DNA from: Octopus sinensis | Lineage: Eukaryota | DNA: 64,000 nucleotides | Assembly: GCF_006345805.1 (NCBI RefSeq) | Contig: NC_043000.1 | Location: 106,950,001 to 107,014,000 of the forward strand | Reading direction: 5' to 3' | Shown: positions 52,110-64,000 of the stretch, piece by piece | How positions within the stretch are numbered: position 1 is the stretch's first letter | Layout of the letters: each line of letters begins with the position of its first letter | The notes under the pieces: model-generated | What the model was told of the DNA's origin: nothing | What the model saw: the letters and a program-made list of their open reading frames with translations, nothing else | Database searches by the model: none | Position numbers and translations under genes: made by a program

Positions 52110-52436
52110 TTTGTGTCTGTGTGTCTGTGTCTGTAGAGACACTCAAGTCCTGTCTATTTATTTTGTTGCAGATGAAATTACAATTATGTGACTCTCTTCA
52201 ACTCAAGAGAATAAATAAGGAATTTATGTATTCCTTTGTGATATTAATGAAGAGGTTATTTGAATAAAAGTTATTAAAATGAAAGATGAACACGCAATCC
52301 GTTCACAAAGACAAAGAAACTAAACATAAAATAAATCCATGAATATATACATAAACAGAAACCACATCATACAACAAAGATGTACACACGCACAAACGTA
52401 TGCACAGAGATCTTTACACGGCCCAGCCCATACGTG

Positions 52437-52494
<58 letters not shown>

Positions 52495-52837
52495 CTCAGA
52501 TATTCTCACATTCTCATAAATATAAATATAAAATCTGTAAACTATGAGGCAGACAAGGGAGCAGGCCTGGAGCAGACCTGCAGCAGAGAAGGCATGTCAT
52601 TGAAGAGGTTGCGATTGGTGACGAAAGGACTCTGACGAACCTAGCTGAATAACAAAATTTCGGGCCTTGTGTCTAAAATAGAAAAGTAGAAAAGAACACA
52701 TGTACATATATATGTATCTTTATTGCTTTGCGTTTTTAATTCTCATGTTAAGAAAAGGCATTATGTAACAAAAGAACAAAGCTTCATTGCTGGAATCTAT
52801 TGAAAAGAGTTCAATTTTGAATTATTATTTTTTTAAT

Positions 52838-53042
52838 TTGGGCACAAGGCAAGCAGTTTTGCGGGGAAAGGAAGGTCGATTGCATTGATTCTATTACTCA
52901 AGTTGTGTTTATTTTATCAACTCCAAAAGGATGAAATACGAAGTCGGCCTCGGTGGCCTTGAACTGAGCCCTTAAAGAGACGGAATAAATACCACTAAGC
53001 ATTTTGCTCGACGCAGGAATGATCCTGTTAGCTTGCCGCCTT
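52838..53042 (-). mobile_element. SINE family D, decayed
   Basis: ggcacaaggc..gtcgattgc..aaaaggatgaaa..ctaagcattttg..gcttgccgcc. Confidence 0.7.
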
Positions 53043-54010
53043 CCTAGTTCCGATTGCGGCTTGAATTTGCAGAGTGTGCGTTACCAGGTTACTTTCCTTG
53101 GGTGAAACCTCAACTCCTCGAGAGTAACATATCCAAGGATTCATTAACACTAACTATTCTGTAAACCAGCTTTGGTTTTTGCCCACTTAACGCTAAATAC
53201 CATTCGAAAACGCTGATCTTTAGAAATAAAATTTCATTTGACTACACCAATGTTCCAAAATACTTTATCACTGTCCTTGAAAATTTATGTAAGGGAAATT
53301 ATTTCCAATGCACACATACCATAAGAAAATAAACTGAAAGAAGACATGATACTGCCTTGTCCATGTGTATTTGGATCCTAAAGGACACGAACACCACTGA
53401 TATTTTTTAACACAGGGATGGACTCATAGATAAATACTCATAGTAGTTTTCGATCAAATTTCATTTGTTCCCTTTGTTTCACAGAAATGTTGTCCCTTTT
53501 ATTACATGCATTGTATACTTTGAACGAATGTCCAAATTCATTTGTTCTAGCACGAGCAGCTTTTCCCCAACGTTCTTGCTGAATATTATTATATTACCTA
53601 TTTGTAATATAATATTCTTATATTATATGTAGCAGAAAATATTTCGTTTTACACACCTATTCTTTTTTTATATTTTTTACACAACCACAATACACTCACA
53701 CCCATAGATATACAAGATAATATTATTTTCTTCAAGACTATTTTGTTACGAGTCCTCTCAGAGGTGCTATCTTGTATTTTACATTTTATATATGTATGTA
53801 CACTCACACACACACACCATCCATATACACACAAATATATATATATGCATGTGAGTACGATACGTGTATGTTCAATAACTTTTTCTTTGATACGACTGTA
53901 ATTCATATTGTTTTTATCCAAATACAATACAACACATATTTCCAACGAATGCTATATATAACTTATTATGTATTTTTTGATATTGTACATCAAACGGATG
54001 CTCCTATATT

Positions 54011-54224
54011 CTTTTCTCCTCTAGGCACAAGGCCCGAAATTTTAGAGGTGGGAGCCAGTCGATTAGATCGACCCAAGTACGTAACTGATACTTAATTTAT
54101 CGACCCCGAAAGGATGAAAGACAAAGTCGACCGCGGCAGAATTTGAACTCAGAACGTTACGGCAGACGAAATACCGCCAAGCATTTTGCCCGACGTGCTA
54201 ATGATTCTGCCAGCTCGCCACCCT
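54011..54224 (-). mobile_element. SINE family D
   Basis: Reverse-complement match to the 54325 copy. Confidence 0.85.
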
Positions 54225-54324
54225 ACTGATGCTCCTATATTATACGCATATAATATATGTCAATTTTTGTTTAAAGATTTGTGATACGTATTGAATTTTG
54301 TACATAATATATATGTACACATAA

Positions 54325-54908
54325 GGCGGCGAGGTGGCAGAAACGTTAGCACGCCGGGCGAAATGCGTAGCCGTATTTCGTCTGCCGTTATGTTCTGAGT
54401 TCAATTTCCGCCGAGGTCGACTTTGCCTTTCATCGTTTCGGGGTCGATTAAATAAGTACCAGTTACGCACTGGTGTCGATATGATTAACTTAATCCGTTT
54501 GTCTGTCCTTGTTCGTCCCCTCTGTGTTTGGCCCCTTGTGGGTAGTAAAGAAATAGATATTTCGTCTGCCGTTACGTTCTGAGTTCAAACTCCACCGAGG
54601 TAGACTTTGCCTTTCATCTTTTCGGGGTCGATAAATTAAGCACCAGTTACGCACTGGAGTCGATGTAATTGACTTAATCCGTTTTTGTCGGTTCTTGTTT
54701 GTCCTCTCTGTGTTTAGCCCCTTGTGGGTGGTGAAGAAATAGCTATTTCGTCTGTCTTTACGTTCTAAGTTCAAATTCCGCCGAGGTCGACTTTGCCTTT
54801 CATCCTTTCGGGTTCGATAAATTAAGTACCATTTGCGTACATGGGTCGCTCTAATCGACTGGCCCCTCCTCCAAAATTTCGGGCCTTGTACCTAGAGTAG
54901 AAAAGAAT
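54325..54908 (+). mobile_element. SINE family D multimer (head plus 184/186-bp units)
   Basis: Units start at 54372, 54556 and 54742; the last unit carries the monomer tail, as at 29343. Confidence 0.9.
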
Positions 54909-54931
54909 ATATATGTACACATATGTATATA

Positions 54932-55040
<109 letters not shown>

Positions 55041-55419
55041 TGCATACATATAAACTTTACGAAAGCGTTACTCCCAGTTCCACGCTATAATTCTGTGAAT
55101 GATTATTGAAAAATTAGACAAAATATTATGAATGGACACAAGATTTTTTCTTTATTCGACCTCCTCACACTTTATTTTACAGCTTGTAACATAATACTCT
55201 TCTTAGAAAAATAGTAAAATTCCCTTTTGGGAATAACATTCCAAGAGTAAAGTATACAAAAATATATAATAATAACAAGAATTGCGATATTGATAATGAT
55301 AATAACTACCTCAAATAAAAAAGAAATTCATAAAATGACACAAATGATTACATGTGCGTGTGTGTATATATATATTCATACATACATTTATCTATTCAAC
55401 TTGTGTTGAGTTTTGCGAT

Positions 55420-56480
55420 TGAAGCTGAAAATTAATGATGCCCTGGTTTGTTAAAGAGTGTCTCACTTTCTTACTTTCTTTTCAGTTTTCATATAAGTTA
55501 TAGATTTTTCGAATATTATTTATTGAATTCCAGAGTTATTTGATAATCGTTGAAATGTGAAAATATCTGCAAATCCAATTTCACTATGAATTCGTGTTGG
55601 CAATCACATTTCTAATACGGTTTATTCTTGTGAAATAAGCAGGTACCGTGGGAAAATGTTTACGTTAATTTACCTGAAGCCAACAGAAATTTTGTGCAAG
55701 AGAGTGCGTTGAGAAGATGATTATGACATGTATGATAATTGTTTTTCTTTTTATAAATTCCGTTATCTTTTGAAAGACATTCAAATCTCTTATACAATTT
55801 AATGCTAGATATGATATACACTTCCATATTCGACTTTTATGTTATCAGTTGAAACACCCACAGAACGTTAATCCAACCAAATTAGAATTTTAAGTTATCC
55901 ATATATAGCAGAAAAATTTGATACAACGTTAGATGACATTTTCTTAAGAGAGAAAAAGAAAAAAATATTCCAGAAAAAATATAGAATCTCCACAAAAAGG
56001 CAAAAGACATTGTAAATTTTACAAAAAACATGCAATTATTTGAAAAGTTAATATAATATCCATGCATTTTTATGTATTTCATATTTTAGACCAATTTATT
56101 TTTCAATAGTTGAAATCTGGAATGAAAAAGAAATTTATGAAGTACGAAAGCAATGTCTAATATTCGGTGAAAATAATTCCCAATTAGATATTGAGATATT
56201 TTCAAATTTAATATATTTCGTAAAAACCCTTATAACGTCATCATCTCTATGTAATTATTATTTGAACCCCACCACAAAAGGAATAAAAATAATATAAATG
56301 AAAATATGAATAATCTGTATAAAAGCCTTTAGAAATACTCTTAACGTCATGAAGTGTTGGGTTGTTTTTAAAGAAATAAGTGGAGTGAATTATTGGGGGA
56401 CTGATTTGTTATTTAGCTTCATATACAACGGATCATTACGAATGTTAAATTATTCAATTCAGCTGTTTGACGTAGCATTT
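55420..56480 (+). pseudogene. Decayed coding relic (paralog of the 36130 and 39130 segments)
   Basis: Contains both the KSNFTMNSCW and IKAFRNT...NYSIQLF blocks, in the same order as 36.2 and 39.4 kb. Confidence 0.5.
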
Positions 56481-56701
56481 TCATTTACCATTTATGATTT
56501 TAAAACAATCACATTAACATGTATGTATGTATGTATGTATGTATGTATGTATGTATGTATGTATGTATGTATGTATGTATGTATGTATGTATGTACGTAT
56601 GTATGTATGTATGTATGTATGTATATATGCGTATATTAGATACACCTACATATACAACTATATGTATGTATCTATCTGTCTACCTATCTATCTATCTATG
56701 C

Positions 56702-56740
<39 letters not shown>

Positions 56741-56743
<3 letters not shown>

Positions 56744-57030
56744 AGGCGCAATGGCCCAGTGGTTAGGGCAGCAGACTCGCGGTTGTAGGATCGCGGTTTC
56801 GATTCCTAGACCGGGCGTTGTGTGTGTTTATTGAGCAAAAACACCTACAGCTCCACGAGGCTCCGTCAGGGGGTGGTGGCGACCCCTGCTGTACTCTTTC
56901 GCCACAACTTTCTCTCACTCTTTCTTCTGTTGGCCTGCTCGCTTAGCCAGCGGGGTGGCGTCATTTGAAGGCTAATACAATGCGAAGTGCATTGTGACCA
57001 GCGATGTGTAGCAACATCTGATAGCCTCGT
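56741..57030 (+). mobile_element. SINE family B, 3' tail type 3
   Basis: Head and core as at 489; tail ggcctgctcgcttagccagcggggtggcgtcatttgaaggc. Confidence 0.88.
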
Positions 57031-57070
57031 CGGAAAAGAAAAAAAAAGGAAAAGATATATATATATATAT

Positions 57071-57368
57071 ATTATAATAAGGGTTAGGCAAAAGAATTTG
57101 CTTCACCACACACCGAACTTTAGAAATAGCAACCAAAGAAAATAGCTATTTCTTCTACTGTAAGAAACAACTCCCAGACAATATATACTCAAAAACATAT
57201 CACGTAGGCAGAGAGTATTATTTGAGTATATATTGTTTTTTATTATTTGAGCATATATTGTCTTGGAATTGTTTCTTACAGTAGAAGAAATAGCTAGATT
57301 CTTTGGCTGCTATTTCTAAAGTTCGGTGTGTGGTGAAGCAAATTCTTTTGCCTAACCCTTATTATAAT
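57071..57368. mobile_element. 298-bp fold-back MITE with about 125-bp TIRs
   Basis: attataataagggttaggcaaaagaatttgcttcaccacacaccgaactttagaaatagc mirrored at the right end. Confidence 0.9.
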
Positions 57369-57556
57369 AAATATTGTTTAAGTTTACCGATAATGGTCTT
57401 TTACATAACGAATCACTACTTGGTGGAATTATTAATTATTAATCAATTAATTAATTTTACCCTTTATTATTATTATTATTATTATCATATATATACGCAT
57501 ATATGCATACATACATACATACATACATACATACTACATACATACATACATACATA

Positions 57557-57823
57557 CAGTGGCGTAGCTAGGGTGAGACAAGTAGGGCATATGCCCTGGG
57601 CGCCACTTTGAGGGGGCCGCCATTCTGGCCAAAATAATTTTCTAATCAAGCCATCAGAAAAAATATTAAAACCTTTCCAGGCATGGTTTGTTTTGCTTAT
57701 CGCCATACAAATTTTCAAAACCAGTTATTCACTTTTCTATGGAAGTTTCCACTTTTTTTGGGGGGGGGGGGGGGGTAATTTTGATGCTTGCCCTGGACGT
57801 CATTAACCCTAGCTACGCCCCTG
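57557..57823. mobile_element. MITE with 18-bp TIRs (hAT-like)
   Basis: cagtggcgtagctagggt / accctagctacgcccctg; inserted in a CATA/TA microsatellite. Confidence 0.8.
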
Positions 57824-57929
57824 TATATATACATATGTGTGTGCGTGTATGTGTATTATTTTTCAGCTCAGCCACACACACATACATATTCACACACCTA
57901 TTCATACAAACACACTCACACACACCCTT

Positions 57930-58172
57930 CTCACATACAGCATGAAATAGCCTTGTTTTGGCTATTTCATGTTGAACCCTTAATCCCTACAGAAAAGTTT
58001 TTGTTCCCTCCGATTTTTTCATTCTCTCCTTTTTTCCCTCTTAATCATGTCTGTCGAAGAGCGTAGGCTCAAAACATAAAACACTTCTCCATTCTCCCCG
58101 AGCGTTAGACTAATACACCTGCTTGTTGTTCCTACGCCTGTCTTTGCCTTTTGTTTTTTGTAAATTTGAACA
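57930..58172 (+). mobile_element. Penelope-like terminal-repeat derivative, decayed
   Basis: ctgtcgaa-gagcgtaggctc-aaaacat at 58051; shared downstream gagcgtta..ctaataca; ends at (TA)n. Confidence 0.6.
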
Positions 58173-58437
58173 ATATATATATATATATACAATTAAATAA
58201 CTACACATAGTTGAATGTTTACCGGTTGATGCCTGTCGATTTAAATCCTCTCCGTTTTCTTATTTGCCGTATAAATCATGGGTAAATCACTTTTTTGCCT
58301 CCGCCCATATATAATATTCAATTGCGAGATTGTCATGCAATAACTAGCACTTGACTATAAATAATTGGATGCACTACCAGCAGTATATTGGATAGGTACT
58401 TTCCCTTAGTTGGTTTTTCAACCTCTAATTCACACAG

Positions 58438-58476
<39 letters not shown>

Positions 58477-58685
58477 TATATACATACATGTATATATATA
58501 TACACACACACATACATCCATACATAATACATACACACACACATATTAAGAAATTTAGAAACTTCGAGAGGAATGAAGTAAAATATTTTTGAGGATGGAA
58601 TTCAAAGCAGATAAAACTATAAATAATAGCGAGTAGAATATTGACACACATGCATATATTTATATATATATATATGTGTGTGCGT

Positions 58686-58728
<43 letters not shown>

Positions 58729-58761
58729 GATAGATAGATAAATTGATAGATAGATAGATAA

Positions 58762-58869
<108 letters not shown>

Positions 58870-59119
58870 GAAAAACACATATAGAGTTGAAATTGACTAC
58901 AGCTGTTTCGGTAGCAATTTATTAATGCATTCAAAATTACATCATGACTTGTTCGTTACTTTTAGTTGGTGAGTAGGTCAGCTTCAATGTTTGACCTTAC
59001 TGTTTTATAGGCATTTAAAAATTTACCTGAGCATGCTGAATTTATTCTAGTATGCAATCTATGAATGCATAAATAAAATGTTACCGAAATAGGTGTAGTA
59101 AATTTTAAACCCTATTTGT

Positions 59120-59813
<694 letters not shown>

Positions 59814-60062
59814 CATATATATATATATTAAGAAAAACCACTATTATGTAATTCAAACAATGATAGACGTAAATCATATCATATAGAAAAAATAAAATAT
59901 ATGATAAAACATTTATCTAGATCACAAAAAGTACATGATAATAAATAAACAGTATATAATTAGTAAATAGACTACTAATTTATATATATATATTGTGATA
60001 TTTGATTTAATACTAAATTGAATTTTTCCCTATAAGTTTGGAGTTATACTCCCTAATATTAT

Positions 60063-60121
<59 letters not shown>

Positions 60122-60190
60122 TATATATATGTATATATGTATATGTATATATATAATACATATATATATGTGTGTTGTGTTGTATGTATG

Positions 60191-60221
<31 letters not shown>

Positions 60222-60684
60222 GAAACGAGTTTAAAATAATGGTCATTACATGTGCTTCCTTTATTGGAGCAAATTTGGCTTACAGCTGTTTCCAGTAGTC
60301 ATTATAGGTACATTACTCATAGGTTTACTCAGTTGGTCTATTGATCAATTGAGGGAAATTGAACGAGACCTCCAGTACACTAGCATTACATGACACTGTA
60401 TGGTTGTTTTTACCTCGGTGTGAAATCAATGTTATGGTACCTATTCCGTCCTAGCGTCCTACACGTTGATGTAACTAGATTCTAATTAATTCTAATACTA
60501 ACCTCTGTGTTTGTGTGTGTGTGTGTCTATATGTGCGCGCACGCGCGTGCATGTTTGTAGGCATATTTGTTTTATACATATATGCATCTAAATATATGTG
60601 GTTATAGGTATTTTAAACAGAAATATTTCTTAAGGCTAGAGTGCATATACTTTGAATTGAGTAACATATAGTTGTACCTAAAAG

Positions 60685-60888
60685 AATAATCACAAGGCCT
60701 GAAATTTCGGGGGAAGTGGGTAGTCAATTACATCGACCCCAGTGCTCAACTGGTACTCATTTTATCGAATCCGAAATGATGAAAAGCAAAGTCAACCTCT
60801 GCGGAATTTTAACTGAGAACATAACGACGGGGGGAAATACGTTAAGCATTTTCTCCAGCATGCTAACGACTTTGGCAGCTCACCGCCT
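60685..60888 (-). mobile_element. SINE family D
   Basis: cacaaggcctgaaatttc..catcgaccccagtgctcaactggtac..gcaaagtcaacctc..tggcagctcaccgcc. Confidence 0.8.
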
Positions 60889-60999
60889 CCCCACAAAAAA
60901 TAGAAAGCACGAGTATGAAATATATACTAATTATGTAAATCAGTTTGAATTCATCAGTCTAACTAGGTTTTCTTAATATTTTTCTTCATGACCAAAAAC

Positions 61000-61985
61000 A
61001 TTTAAAAAAAAAATTTGTTGTGCCTTTTGCTTGGTTATTTAAGTATGCCAAAATTAACGGATCTATCCTGTAACTCAGTATCTATCTTCTTTGTTATAAC
61101 TGGCTGAATAACTTTAAATCATAAGATGGCAGGAACAACATTCTACGGTTGTCGTACATTTTGCGAGTGTTATAATTGCTAACATAAAAGTCAGATATTG
61201 CACAGTATATCATTTCCAGTACTTAGTTGTCAAAGAAGACATTCGATTGTCTCTAAAAAGAAGAAGGCATCCAAATTGCTCAAAGAACTTATCACGTTTG
61301 TTATAACCATCTTTCAAGTCGCCAAGTCATTCCCTCACAAATTTTTTACTTATCGTCAGGTAATTTAACGAAATAATATTCTCAGTCAGCCTCTTATTAC
61401 ACAGGATAAATGGAAGTAAAAATATGACTATTCATATATTATTCTGTAACTACCAACACGAATTCTAAGTGAAATTAGATTTACAGGTATGAAAGACTAT
61501 CAATGAGCAATGGAATTCAATTACTCAACGTTATAAGAAGAAAAAGCAAAAGAAAGTGAGACACATTTTAGCGTGTTTTAAATAAATTATATAAGTTTCA
61601 AAGTAACATAGATCAGCTGTCGTCAACATATTTAATGCACTGAGATGTAAAACATTAACTAGAAATAAATACACAGTTGTAGGGAAAATAGTATTATCAA
61701 TGAGTAAAACCATTTTCTTTGTCCTTGCAAATAGGAGAAAAGCTCTTTACATTCTGATTTAATCCCCACTGAAATCAATAGTCTTGAGCCAATAAAATAA
61801 TTAACATTCAAGAATTGCCTTAGAATTATGCGAGTTCTACTTCACCCAAACTTTGAGTCCTTACCTCTAATAGAAATAATTTTTAATTCCCCAGTGAAGA
61901 CAATCCCTTCAAGCTTACGTGTCAAATTCTAGATTTATTTTCGAACAACAATTGAAATTATTTAGAGATAATTATTCAGAAATAA
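61000..61985 (-). pseudogene. Decayed LRR-like coding relic
   Basis: WLKTIDFSGD (61791-61762) resembles LxxLDLSxN; 61560-61000 aligns with 36130-36700; many stops. Confidence 0.45.
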
Positions 61986-61992
61986 TTCAGGT

Positions 61993-62048
<56 letters not shown>

Positions 62049-62090
62049 GTGTGTGGTGTGTGTGTGTGTGTTGTGTGTGTGTGTGGTGTC

Positions 62091-62126
<36 letters not shown>

Positions 62127-62308
62127 TATATATATATATACACGCACATACGAACATACACACACGCATACATATGGGTAAATGAACGTATGTATGTATA
62201 ACTCAATACACATTTAGTCCAGATTGTTCAATCTAAAGACAAATCTGTTTTTCCCGTTAATATATGTATTATTTCACCTGTATAAAATTACCCGTCTCCC
62301 TCTCTCTT

Positions 62309-62352
<44 letters not shown>

Positions 62353-62354
62353 CA

Positions 62355-62394
<40 letters not shown>

Positions 62395-62396
<2 letters not shown>

Positions 62397-62595
62397 CTCT
62401 TTTACTCTTTTATTTGTTTCTGTCATTTGACTGTGGCCATGCTGGAGCACCGCCTTTAGTCGAGAAAATCGACCCCAGAACTTATTTGTAAGCCTAGTAC
62501 TTATTCTATCGGTGTCTTTAGCCGAACAGCTAAGATACGGGGACGTAAACATACCAGCAACTGTTGTCAAAGAATGTTGGGAGGGGACAAACACA
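62395..62595 (-). mobile_element. SINE family A tail
   Basis: Reverse complement of 62835-63035. Confidence 0.85.
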
Positions 62596-62605
62596 AAGGC
62601 ACAAA

Positions 62606-62764
62606 CGTGGCTGTGTGGTATGTAGCTTGCTTACCAACCACATGGTTCCGGGTTCAGTCCCACTGCGTGGGACCTTGGGCAAGTGTCTTCTGCTATAGCC
62701 TCGGGCCGACCAAAGCCTTGTGAGTGGATTTGGTAGACAGAAACTGAAAGAAGCCCGCCATATA

Positions 62765-62819
<55 letters not shown>

Positions 62820-63035
62820 GTGTGTATGTTTGTGTGTCTGTGTTTGTCCCCCTAGCATTGCTTGACAACTGATGTTGATGTGTTTACGTCCCCGTAACTT
62901 AGCAGTTCGGCAAAAGAAACCGATAGAATAAGTACTAGGCTTACAAAGAATAAGTCCTGGGGTCGATTTGCTCAACTAAAGGCGGTGCTCCAGCATGGCC
63001 GCAGTCAAATGACTGAAACAAGTAAAAGAGTAAAA
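62606..63035 (+). mobile_element. SINE family A, full length
   Basis: Head cgtggctgtgtggta..ggttcagtccc, internal (TA)n/(TG)n, tail ..gaaacaagtaaaagagtaaaag. Confidence 0.9.
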
Positions 63036-63572
63036 GAATAACTCTTCTACAAATACGTTTCAGAGTGTATAAATGAAGAATATATAGGAATTTTATATAG
63101 AAGAAAAACGGTTGGCTAATATACATGTATACTGACACACATCATATATCTACAAAATAAAGCTTGAAATTTCGAAAAAATTGTGATCTTGTGTGCGTGC
63201 TCGCTGTTTTTTTCTTTTCACATCCAATTCTGATATAATCATAATTTAAACACTTTGGAAAGTATTTGTAGAAAATTTCATTTTAAAATATCTATTTCCC
63301 GAAAGTTATAAGGAAAGAAAACCGACCCTTGTGAATTTTCTGAAACTCATCCACCCACACACGGAGTTTTTTTTGGTTTTTTTTTCACAACAAATTCTGG
63401 AATAATTTAGTTTTTAACACTTTGCATATTTTTATCTGTCTGTTTGTGTGTGTGTGTGTATGTGTGTGTGTGTTGCGTGTGTGTGTGTGTGTACATGTAT
63501 GAATGTGTGTGCTTGTGCATGTATGAATGTGTGTGTGTGCATGTATGAATGTATGTACGTGTGTGTATGTAT

Positions 63573-64000
63573 GTCATTATTCAGTTTATTTCAAGATTTC
63601 TTGCCAATAGAGAATGAGTCGGTTTCTAACCTAGATCCAAGATTCCTTCATTGGAATTTTAACATTAACAACAGGATATTTTTATTTGTATGTATGTATG
63701 TATGTATGTATGTATGTATGTATGTATGTATGTATGTATGTATGTGTGTATGTATGTATGTATGTGCAGATTTGTATGTTTTATGTATGTATTCTCATGC
63801 ATATAGTTACATATCTAGACATGCTCATATATATTTAGATGATAAACTTATGGGAAGTTTCACAGATTATTACAGTTCCAGTGTTGGATTGGATCTGTAG
63901 TTTTCGAATTAGCTTTCTGGTTTTGAGAAGCCTAATTTCTCAAGACTGATATTTAGGCTGTGTGTTGCATATCTCAGGGCCCCAATAATTACAGGTATAA
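63573..64000 (-). mobile_element. RLE-type LINE 3' end (same family as 47935)
   Basis: IPVIIGALRYATHSLNISLEKLGFSKP..KLIRKLQIQSNTGTVII..HKFII*; same 3'UTR and junction gtcattattcag. Confidence 0.7.

Overview
AT-rich, microsatellite-dense animal genomic DNA. The SINE families and repeat landscape look like an octopus or other coleoid cephalopod (recognition from memory, not a database result). I found no intact host protein-coding gene; most ORFs in the supplied track are microsatellite artefacts. The window is mostly transposon remains: four working families (A-D) of tRNA-headed SINEs, RTE and R4/Dong-like LINE fragments, Penelope-like elements, mariners, non-autonomous Helitrons and fold-back MITEs, plus a 100-N gap with duplicated flanks. 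The most interesting signals are (1) hammerhead ribozyme motifs: one near-complete canonical type-I hammerhead at 32065-32133, a decayed one at 38154-38241, and a family of about 8 Penelope-linked hammerhead-like motifs with a non-canonical 8-nt core (CUG-YY-GAA); (2) three consecutive palindromes each centred on a (TA)n tract; (3) the same 184-bp SINE multimer architecture at two loci; (4) scattered decayed LRR-like, possibly Toll-like-receptor, coding relics.
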